Below are positions 56,990-64,000 of a stretch of 64,000 nucleotides of DNA, piece after piece. A model generated the notes under the pieces. That model made no database searches. It was not told the DNA's origin and was given only the letters and a program-made list of their open reading frames with translations. The translations under genes were made by a program, and so were the position numbers. The stretch covers positions 43,148 to 107,147 of the forward strand of contig JBBRAE010000009.1 in assembly GCA_038207085.1 (NCBI GenBank). Reading direction: 5' to 3'. The DNA comes from Armatimonadota bacterium (GTDB lineage: Bacteria; Armatimonadota; UBA5829; DTLH01). The first letter of the stretch is position 1. Each line of letters begins with the position of its first letter.

Positions 56990-57706
56990 ATGGCAACAAA
57001 AATAGACATCCGAACAAACTACGCAACCCGGCGCGGATCCTGTGAGATCAACGAGGACTATACGCTCGTCCTTTCGGGCGACTATGCGCCCTGTGGCACG
57101 CTTGCGCTCCTGACCGTCGCCGACGGCATCGGCGGGCGTGGCAACGGGGCCGAGGCAAGTAGCCTTGCTCTTAAGATGACAGTCGATGTCTTTGCCGCAA
57201 GTTGCTCAATCTCAATGGGCACGATGTCCGACGTCCCGCACCTCTTGCGGTTCGCCGTCCAGAAAGCCAACGCCGCCGCGTTCACCGCTCAGTCCGAGAA
57301 TGAACTGCTCCGCGGCATGGGTTCAACATGCGTCGCCGCCGCGATCACCACAGACGCAGTGCATCTGGTCTCCGTCGGAGACAGCCGAGCCTACATATTC
57401 CGCGCGGGCGAGTTGATCCCCCTCACCAAGGACGAGTGGCAAAAGTCCCAGGACGGCATCACCTACGTCACCCGTGCGATAGGCTGGCAGCCCATCCTGC
57501 CTACCGAGCCGATCAGCGCCACAGTCCGAAGCGGCGACCTCGTCCTGCTTTGCACCGACGGCCTGACCGACGCCCTGTCAGAAGAAGAAATCGCCGAAAT
57601 ACTCAATTCCACCTGTTTCACCCAGTCAGCCGAAGTCCTTGCCGACGCCGCTGCTGCGACTCCAGGCTCAGACAACGTCACAGTCGCGCTTGCGAAGATC
57701 GGCTAA
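56990..57706 (+). CDS. PP2C-family Ser/Thr protein phosphatase
   Basis: NED, VADGIGG, GMGST, VGDSRAY, LCTDGL, DNVT. Confidence 0.9.
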   Translation: MATKIDIRTNYATRRGSCEINEDYTLVLSGDYAPCGTLALLTVADGIGGRGNGAEASSLALKMTVDVFAASCSISMGTMSDVPHLLRFAVQKANAAAFTAQSENELLRGMGSTCVAAAITTDAVHLVSVGDSRAYIFRAGELIPLTKDEWQKSQDGITYVTRAIGWQPILPTEPISATVRSGDLVLLCTDGLTDALSEEEIAEILNSTCFTQSAEVLADAAAATPGSDNVTVALAKIG

Positions 57707-57783
57707 CCTGCATTATTCACGAGGGGCGTGAATAATGCTTTGCTAGCGAGAGCTTTATTCGCTTCACGAATAAAGCGGGCTAA
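57703..57783. mobile_element. family-B MITE/REPIN-like element
   Basis: CTAA-CCTGC...GCGGG-CTAA, overlapping the PP2C stop codon. Confidence 0.8.
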
Positions 57784-57795
57784 TCATCCCGGTCT

Positions 57796-57863
57796 CGGAA
57801 TGCGGCGTGCAAGAGCCGCTTTCACAAATCTTCCGGCTGATACAGACTCGGCGCTTGCGCGCC
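57796..57863 (-). repeat. partial family-C repeat
   Basis: Reverse complement matches 52874-52941 (GGCGCGCAAGCGCC..CGGAAGATTTGTGAAAGCGGCTCT). Confidence 0.7.
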
Positions 57864-58038
57864 GCGGCCCCAAATAGAGATCGCCCGTCGCTAACTCTTT
57901 TTGCATACATCCATTGACTCTGCCCGCGAAGTGACATAACTCCTGCAAAAGTGGTAAAATACCCCATACGTTTGCTCGCTCCGAGCTGACAGCTGAAAGC
58001 TGAAAGCCCAAAGCCGACGACTTACCCAGGAGTTAACA

Positions 58039-59148
58039 ATGGCAGATTTTAAAGCGAAATACTTCCGCCGGACCGAGGGCAACTGGCCCGATGAAGTCGT
58101 AATACTCGGTGAGAAATACGTCAAGGTCGAGGACCTGCGCTACGGGACCAACCCCCACCAGTCCGCAGCCTACTACAAACCCAAGGTAGACGAGGCGCTT
58201 CCCTTTGCCGATATGCAGATTCTGAAGACCGGCAAGTCCGGCCTTTCGGAGACCAACCTTTCGGACATCCACCACGGCATCTCGATCGTCAAGTATTTCG
58301 TGCGCCCCGCGTGCTCTGTTATGAAGCACATGAACCCGAGCGGCGCGGCGGTAGGTCAGGCAGGTGAAACCCAGCTCGACGCCTACATCCACGCCCGCGA
58401 CGCCGACGCCCGCGCAGCATTTGGCGGCACGGTCTGCTTCAACACCCCGCTCGAAGTCGCGACCGCCGAAGAGATCATGACAAGCGTGATTGAGGTTGTG
58501 GCAGCACCGGGGTACGAGGACGGCGCGCTTGAGGTGCTCTCCGACTATGACCGCTTCAAGATGAACCGCGAGATTCGCGCGATCATGTGCCCGGGCATAG
58601 CCTCGCTCCCGAAGTTTGTAGGCGACCCCTCTGCCCCGACCATCAAAGTGCTGGGCGATGGCTCGTTAATCGTAGCCGAGCCGCTCCTGACCAAGATCAA
58701 GAGCGACGAAGACCTGATCCCCGCGATCACCGAGCACTCCAAGCACGGCAAGTTCGAGATATCCCGCATCCCGACCGAGCAGGAGTATGACGACCTGCTC
58801 TTCAGTTGGTACGTCAACCTGAACGTCCGATCAAACGGCGTAGTAATCGCCAAAGACGGCGTCACACTCGCAGTCGGAACCGGCGAGCAGGACAGGGTAG
58901 GGGCAGTCGATCAGGCAATCGAGAAAGCCAAGCGCAAGTTCAGCGGCGACCAGACCCTTGCGGGGAGCGTCCTTTCAAGCGACGGCTTCTTCCCCCAGCG
59001 CGACTCCATCGACGCCTGCGCCGCCGCCGGAATCACCGCGATAGTCCAGCCTGGAGGCTCTATAAAAGACTGGGAAGTAATCCAGGCCGCCAACGAGCAC
59101 GGAATCGCGATGGTCTTCACCGACGAGCGAATCTTCTCGCACCACTAA
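58039..59148 (+). CDS. purH: AICAR transformylase domain only (short PurH)
   Basis: LRYGTNPHQ, MKHMNP, AAFGG, VRSNG, SDGFFP, QPGGS, RIFSH; no N-terminal cyclohydrolase domain. Confidence 0.85.
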   Translation: MADFKAKYFRRTEGNWPDEVVILGEKYVKVEDLRYGTNPHQSAAYYKPKVDEALPFADMQILKTGKSGLSETNLSDIHHGISIVKYFVRPACSVMKHMNPSGAAVGQAGETQLDAYIHARDADARAAFGGTVCFNTPLEVATAEEIMTSVIEVVAAPGYEDGALEVLSDYDRFKMNREIRAIMCPGIASLPKFVGDPSAPTIKVLGDGSLIVAEPLLTKIKSDEDLIPAITEHSKHGKFEISRIPTEQEYDDLLFSWYVNLNVRSNGVVIAKDGVTLAVGTGEQDRVGAVDQAIEKAKRKFSGDQTLAGSVLSSDGFFPQRDSIDACAAAGITAIVQPGGSIKDWEVIQAANEHGIAMVFTDERIFSHH

Positions 59149-59170
59149 AACATTCGGGGAACAATATGCT

Positions 59171-59208
59171 GATACGCTTCGGGACAAGTTTTCGTCCCGA
59201 AGCGTATC
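59171..59208. terminator. long palindrome after purH
   Basis: GATACGCTTCGGGAC...GTCCCGAAGCGTATC. Confidence 0.55.
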
Positions 59209-59244
59209 CCCATCGGAGCCTCTATGACCGACACTGATCAATGT

Positions 59245-59340
59245 AGTTTCAGAGAAGTCCAATACATGGTCTTCCTGCAAGCCATACTTATCCCTCAAGC
59301 TCTTCGGTATCGTTATCTGTCCTCGATGGCTGACTTTCAT
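59245..59340 (-). pseudogene. AbrB/MazE-type antitoxin/regulator remnant
   Basis: MKVSHRGQITIPKSLRDKYGLQEDHVLDF with GAGG RBS, then decays and runs antisense into purH. Confidence 0.65.
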
Positions 59341-59434
59341 TGTCACTATCCTCTACTGCAAAAGGCTACAATAGAATAATACAACAAAAAGGCGCCCCAG
59401 GCTGCCCCGGGACGCCCTTCTATAGGAAACGTTC

Positions 59435-60235
59435 TTACAGAGCGGCTTTGACGATTGCTACAAAGTCCTCAGCCTTAAGAGCCGCGCCGCCGACCAGTGC
59501 GCCGTCGATGTCGCTCTGGTGGAGCAGTTCTGAGGCGTTGTCGGGCTTGACGCTGCCGCCGTACTGGATTCGCACAGCCTCAGCCGCCGCGTCGCCGTAC
59601 ATGTCTTTCACGACGCCACGGATCATCCCGCAGACTCGGTTTGCCTCGGGGGTGTCGCAGACCTCACCGGTCCCGATCGCCCACACGGGCTCGTAAGCGA
59701 TGACGAGGTTCAAAGCCTGCTCGTCGGTGAGCCCGGCGATGTCGGCCTTGATCTGTGCGGCGATTACTTCATCGGTCTTGCCGGCTTTGCGCTCTTCGAG
59801 CATCTCGCCGCAGCATACGATCGGAAGCAGTCCGGCCTCAAAAGCCTTCTTGACCTTCTTGTTGATCGTCGCGTCGCTTTCGCCGAAGTAGCTCAGGTTC
59901 TTCGCAAGCTCAGCGTCGACAGTTCCGAAGCGTCCGCGGGTCTCGGAGTGACCGATGATCACGTACTTGCAGCCGACATCAATCAGCATACCCGGTGCGA
60001 TCTGGCTCGTCCAAGCGCCCTTGTCCTCCCAGAACATATTCTGAGCGGCGAGCTCGACGTTGGTGTCGGCGAGCGCCTGACGGACTCCCCAAAGCGCCGT
60101 AAACGGCGGCGCAACCACAACATCTACGCCATGCAGTCCATCAACCGCCTCGATGACCGCATTGGTCAGCTCGACGCCCTCAAGGACCGTCTTGTGCATC
60201 TTCCAGTTTCCTGCAATTATAGGTGTTCTTGCCAT
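59435..60235 (-). CDS. tpiA: triosephosphate isomerase
   Basis: IAGNWKM, GHSE, AYEPVWAIGTG, YGGSVKP, LVGGA. Confidence 0.96.
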   Translation of the reverse strand: MARTPIIAGNWKMHKTVLEGVELTNAVIEAVDGLHGVDVVVAPPFTALWGVRQALADTNVELAAQNMFWEDKGAWTSQIAPGMLIDVGCKYVIIGHSETRGRFGTVDAELAKNLSYFGESDATINKKVKKAFEAGLLPIVCCGEMLEERKAGKTDEVIAAQIKADIAGLTDEQALNLVIAYEPVWAIGTGEVCDTPEANRVCGMIRGVVKDMYGDAAAEAVRIQYGGSVKPDNASELLHQSDIDGALVGGAALKAEDFVAIVKAAL

Positions 60236-60789
60236 TATGTCTCCTCAATCAATTTATCGTAGAGGTCCTGTACACCAAGCCTATGCGCCCAGTGCTTCAT
60301 ATATTCATAGTCAAGCAGCCCTTTTTCGACTATCAGTATGTCCCTGATGTCGGACAGCTGCCGGTCAGAAGGAGTTATCTTATACCAAAGCAATTTAGAG
60401 AGGACCGTGTCCTCTGGGGTCGCCACATACCCTGTAACTCCCCAAGTGGGGGTCGATCTGCGTCGGGCAAACTGATTTCGCGCAAAGTCTTTGTCACCGA
60501 GAATCCAGAAGTCTACCTTGAGTCCGCTGTCCATATGCAAGACGTTGAACATATCGGATCGTCCGACGGCCTCAGCGGCTGCGACTTCATCAAAGAAGAA
60601 CTCAGGCCCGAGCGCCTTCTGAAGACGTGGTATTTCTTCGAGCCTGAGAGCTACAACCACATCAATGGCATGTGTCACCCGCGAAACTCCGTATACGGAA
60701 GCCGCAAAGGAGCCGACAACCATATACTCGACCCCTGAAGTGTCGAGTGCGGAAATTACTTCACGGACTACATCAGAGTAAGAGGTCAC
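60235..60789 (-). CDS. nucleotidyltransferase-fold protein (MenT1/DUF6036-like toxin family)
   Basis: YMVVGS.A...G..R.T.(A)ID, KVDF, ATPEDTVLSKL, RQLSDI, LDYEYMKHWA..LG. Confidence 0.75.
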   Translation of the reverse strand: MTSYSDVVREVISALDTSGVEYMVVGSFAASVYGVSRVTHAIDVVVALRLEEIPRLQKALGPEFFFDEVAAAEAVGRSDMFNVLHMDSGLKVDFWILGDKDFARNQFARRRSTPTWGVTGYVATPEDTVLSKLLWYKITPSDRQLSDIRDILIVEKGLLDYEYMKHWAHRLGVQDLYDKLIEET

Positions 60790-60799
60790 TGTGATTCTC

Positions 60800-61042
60800 C
60801 TACCAACCGTAGGCCTTCTTGCGAAGATCTTCAGGCACGGTCATTCGTATCAACTCCCGGCGCACGTCTTCTTCGCCGAACTCCGGGTGCCTTCGGCGAA
60901 TCCCGGCGGCCATGTTCTCCCGAACCGTGTCGCATAGCTCCGCCGTAATCTCGAACCTGCGTCCAATCGGTATGGCGCGCAGAATCTCGATATACTTTGC
61001 CCGAGCTTTCTCAGACATCCTGTCCCATTCGGGATCACCCAT
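60800..61042 (-). CDS. small helical partner protein (MenA1-like putative antitoxin)
   Basis: AGIRRRHPEFGEEDVRREL; GAGGT RBS before ATG 61042; stop overlaps the RBS of the NTase. Confidence 0.7.
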   Translation of the reverse strand: MGDPEWDRMSEKARAKYIEILRAIPIGRRFEITAELCDTVRENMAAGIRRRHPEFGEEDVRRELIRMTVPEDLRKKAYGW

Positions 61043-61069
61043 TTCGACCTCACAAGCCATCAGCAGACA

Positions 61070-61149
61070 GCATTCAGCCGTCAGCGTTCCAATCGATGCC
61101 GGAACCTGACGGCTGAATGCTAAGAGCTAACAGCTAATAGCTAATAGCT
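61070..61149. repeat. palindrome plus AGCTAAT heptamer tandem repeat
   Basis: GCATTCAGCCGTCAG...CTGACGGCTGAATGC; AGCTAAC AGCTAAT AGCTAAT AGCT. Confidence 0.7.
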
Positions 61150-62333
61150 TACTTGTCGTTCAGCGCCGCGACGCCCGGAAGCACCTTGCCCTCAAGGAAC
61201 TCAAGGGAAGCGCCGCCGCCGGTCGATACGTGGCTCATCTCGGCTGCGTAACCCATCTGCTCGACGGCCGCAGCGGAGTCTCCACCGCCGACAATCGTTG
61301 TTGCAGAGGACTCTGCCATCGCCTCGGCGATCGCCTTGGTGCCGACCGCGAACTTGGGCATCTCAAAAACGCCCATCGGGCCGTTCCATACAACGGTCTT
61401 TGCGTCCATGATCGCCTTCGAGAACGTCTCGATGCTCTTAGGCCCGATGTCCATTCCGAGCATATCAGCGGGCATCTGGTCTGCGGGGACGACCTTGCTG
61501 TCCGCGTCGGCTTTGAACTCGGTTGCGACCATAATGTCCTCAGGCAGAAGAAGCTTGACGCCCTTTGCCTCAGCTTTTGCAATCGCGTTCTTGGCAAGCT
61601 CGAGCCCCGGCTCGTCAAGAAGCGACTTGCCGATCTCGTATCCCTTGGCCTTTAGGAACGTGAAAACCATTCCTCCGCCGATGATAAGCGTGTCGACCTT
61701 GTCGAGCAGGTGATCGATCACGGGGATCTTGTCGGCGACTTTCGCCCCGCCGAGGATCGCGACAAACGGCTTCTTAGGGTCGGCGATCGCGCCTCCGAGG
61801 TAGTCGAGCTCTTTTTCCATAAGGAACCCGGCGACCGCGGGCATATACTTTGCGACGCCCTCAGTTGAAGCATGCGCCCTGTGGGCCGTGCCGAACGCGT
61901 CGTTTACGTAGATTTCACCCAAAACGGCGAGCTGCTTTGCAAACTCGGGGTCGTTCTTCTCTTCCTGAGCATAGAAGCGAACGTTTTCGAGCATGACGAT
62001 GCTGCAGATCGGCATTCCGTTCACCGCGCCCTGCACCATCTCGCCGATGCAGTCGGCCATCTTGGTGATGGGCATGTCAAGCAGAATCTCAAGGCGCTCG
62101 GCTGCGGGGGTCAGGCTGTATTTCGCGACGGCGGTGCCTTTGGGGCGTCCGAGGTGGCTCATCAGCACGACTTTCGCGCCTTTGTCGAGGAGATACTTGA
62201 TGGTGGGGAGCGCCGCCTGGATGCGGCGGTCGTCGGTGATGTTTTTGTTTTCATCGAGCGGAACGTTGAAGTCCACGCGGACGAGGACCCGCTTTCCCGC
62301 TACGTCGATATCCTTGATGGTCTTCTTGTTCAT
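61149..62333 (-). CDS. pgk: phosphoglycerate kinase
   Basis: [46 protein letters not shown]. Confidence 0.97.
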   Translation of the reverse strand: MNKKTIKDIDVAGKRVLVRVDFNVPLDENKNITDDRRIQAALPTIKYLLDKGAKVVLMSHLGRPKGTAVAKYSLTPAAERLEILLDMPITKMADCIGEMVQGAVNGMPICSIVMLENVRFYAQEEKNDPEFAKQLAVLGEIYVNDAFGTAHRAHASTEGVAKYMPAVAGFLMEKELDYLGGAIADPKKPFVAILGGAKVADKIPVIDHLLDKVDTLIIGGGMVFTFLKAKGYEIGKSLLDEPGLELAKNAIAKAEAKGVKLLLPEDIMVATEFKADADSKVVPADQMPADMLGMDIGPKSIETFSKAIMDAKTVVWNGPMGVFEMPKFAVGTKAIAEAMAESSATTIVGGGDSAAAVEQMGYAAEMSHVSTGGGASLEFLEGKVLPGVAALNDK

Positions 62334-62352
62334 ATGAAACCTCACAAAGACA

Positions 62353-62480
62353 GAGCAATGAGCAACGAGCTATGGGTATTGTGACTCATAGCTCATCGCC
62401 CGCTGCTTAACTATATGAAAAAATGAGCAATGAGCCGTCGGAGATATACCCCTATAGCTCACTGCTCATCACTCATTGCT
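62353..62480. repeat. inverted heptamer (AGCAATG-type) repeat blocks
   Basis: AGCAATG AGCAACG AGCTATG...CATAGCT CATCGCC; AATGAGCAATGAGC...GCTCACTGCTCATCACTCATTGCT. Confidence 0.6.
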
Positions 62481-62483
62481 TGA

Positions 62484-63497
62484 TTAGAGGCCCTTCTTGA
62501 CCATGAAGTCGATCAGGTCGCCGACTCTCTCGGAGTAAGCCCACTCGTTGTCATACCAGGAGACAACCTTGGCGAACTTGTCGCCGAGCATCATCGTGCA
62601 CTGAGCATCGAAGATGGAGCTGCGGGAGTCGCCCCTGAAGTCGCTTGAGACAACCGGGTCCTCGGTGTAACCGAATATGCCCTTCATAGGGCCATCAGCG
62701 GCAGCCTTCATTGCGGCGTTGATCTCCTCAACCGTGGTACCCTTTGCAAGGTTTACGGTGAGGTCGACGCAGGAGACCGTGGTGGTCGGGACGCGTAGCG
62801 CGTAGCCGTGCATCTTGCCCTTGAGCGCGGGGATAACGAGGGCGATTGCCTTTGCGGCGCCGGTCGTGGTCGGGATGATGTTTGCTGCGGCTGCGCGTGA
62901 TCTGCGAAGATCCTTGTGAGCCTGGTCAGCGATCTTCTGATCGTTGGTGTAAGCATGCACGGTGGTCATGAAGCCGCTCTCGATGCCGAAGCTGTCCTGG
63001 AGGACCTTGGCAAACGGGGCAAGGCAGTTGGTGGTGCAGCTTGCGTTGGAGACGATGTTGTGCTTTGCAGCATCGTACTCGTTGTCGTTGACGCCCATGA
63101 CGATGGTGATGTCCTCATTCTTCGCAGGTGCGGAGATGATGACCTTCTTCACGGTGTCATGCTTGTGCAGGCCGGCCTTTGCGGCATCGGTGAAGATACC
63201 TGTAGCCTCGACGACGATCTGCACGCCGAGATCCTGCCACGGAATCTGTGCCGGATCCTTCTCAGCGTAGACCTTGATCTTCTTGCCGTCGATGACGATA
63301 CCGTCGTCCTCGGCCTTGACCTCGCCGGGCCACACGCCGTAGTTGGTGTCATACTTGAAAAGGTGGGCATTGGTTTTGGAATCGCACAGGTCGTTGATTG
63401 CAACAACCTCGATGTCGTTCGGATATTTCTGAAGCATCGCTCTAAGTGAGAGGCGTCCGATTCGTCCGAAACCGTTAATACCAACTTTTACTGCCAT
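62484..63497 (-). CDS. gap: glyceraldehyde-3-phosphate dehydrogenase type I
   Basis: [37 protein letters not shown]. Confidence 0.97.
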   Translation of the reverse strand: MAVKVGINGFGRIGRLSLRAMLQKYPNDIEVVAINDLCDSKTNAHLFKYDTNYGVWPGEVKAEDDGIVIDGKKIKVYAEKDPAQIPWQDLGVQIVVEATGIFTDAAKAGLHKHDTVKKVIISAPAKNEDITIVMGVNDNEYDAAKHNIVSNASCTTNCLAPFAKVLQDSFGIESGFMTTVHAYTNDQKIADQAHKDLRRSRAAAANIIPTTTGAAKAIALVIPALKGKMHGYALRVPTTTVSCVDLTVNLAKGTTVEEINAAMKAAADGPMKGIFGYTEDPVVSSDFRGDSRSSIFDAQCTMMLGDKFAKVVSWYDNEWAYSERVGDLIDFMVKKGL

Positions 63498-63687
63498 TCT
63501 GGTTCCTCCTGTGTGCTATTCGCCCCGCCGCTAGCAGGGCATATCTGCTGTCGGGGGCTTGGTCACTCCCAACATTTTACCCAAAACACAAGTTTAGCCT
63601 GGTCCGGTAAGGATCAGGCCGTCTTGCCCGGTATTTGAGCGTGAAACAGCCACTTACGACTAATCACTCGCCTCAAAAACCCCATTA

Positions 63688-63717
63688 ATTGTAACTGGCA
63701 TGCGCGCACAATGTCAA
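63688..63717 (-). promoter_or_regulatory. sigma70 promoter upstream of gap
   Basis: Minus strand TTGACA-N18-TACAAT. Confidence 0.55.
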
Positions 63718-64000
63718 TGTTTTTCTCTTAAGAGCACGGAGCAGCTGAGCGTTTTTGCCACAGGGCTGAGTCTCTCATCCACATAACCGTCTTTTGCGCC
63801 TGCTCTTTCCATTATTATGTATCAATTGCTCGATATTGGGAGGAATGAACCAGGCACAGAAGTAAGGGGTAAATGGTTTACGGTGCGTCTGGCCAAGCTG
63901 CATCGATACCGGTAAAGGCAAAGCCAGTTAGTGAATAGTCGCAAGTGCCTGGTGCAAAAGCACCTGAAACACAATTTCATAGTTCATGCCATAGACGGCA

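Noticed and set aside
18159..57783. Palindromic repeats as a CRISPR array
   Set aside because: Copies are dispersed over kilobases with no repeat-spacer periodicity and no cas genes.
57900..58038. ZTP riboswitch before purH
   Set aside because: Consensus elements are not visible; the region is promoter plus heptamer repeats.
58975..59346. Intact 123-aa protein
   Set aside because: Only the first ~30 aa are AbrB-like; the rest is read-through antisense to purH.
63900..64000. c-di-GMP-I riboswitch (GGCAAA...GCAAAAG) or a gene end at the window edge
   Set aside because: The required stems and tetraloop/receptor are not present, and there is too little sequence to call a CDS.

Overview
Bacterial chromosomal window of roughly 60% GC. 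It is most likely Armatimonadota, inferred from a DUF1559/H-X9-DG gene, STN-like orphan families, outer-membrane porins alongside Firmicutes-like yacL-ispDF, and a TpiA insertion. Core content: a complete Pho/Pst locus (phoR-phoB, porin, pstS, pstCAB-phoU) split by an inverted ABC exporter; rimI-tsaD; PIN/TRAM-ispDF-corA; dinG; dnaE; hisDB; hemL; queD-queE; a transformylase-only purH; and gap-pgk-tpiA. Most interesting signals: (1) a queD-queE operon tightly coupled to a [4Fe-4S] 2-hydroxyacyl-CoA-dehydratase-like gene, a candidate new deazapurine/queuosine step; (2) an unannotated ~90-nt sRNA with two anti-Shine-Dalgarno motifs, sharing an ECF-type promoter with a Spy/CpxP gene and an orphan STN-domain protein; (3) a four-way-junction 5' leader RNA before a beta-barrel gene; (4) a 40-aa sigma54-driven peptide gene missed by the ORF track; (5) a MenAT1-like module inside the glycolytic operon with a degenerate catalytic motif; (6) several REP/MITE families, one visibly inserted into a gene end. 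No rRNA, tRNA, CRISPR array or intact transposase was seen. All family assignments are from motif recognition by eye; no searches were run.
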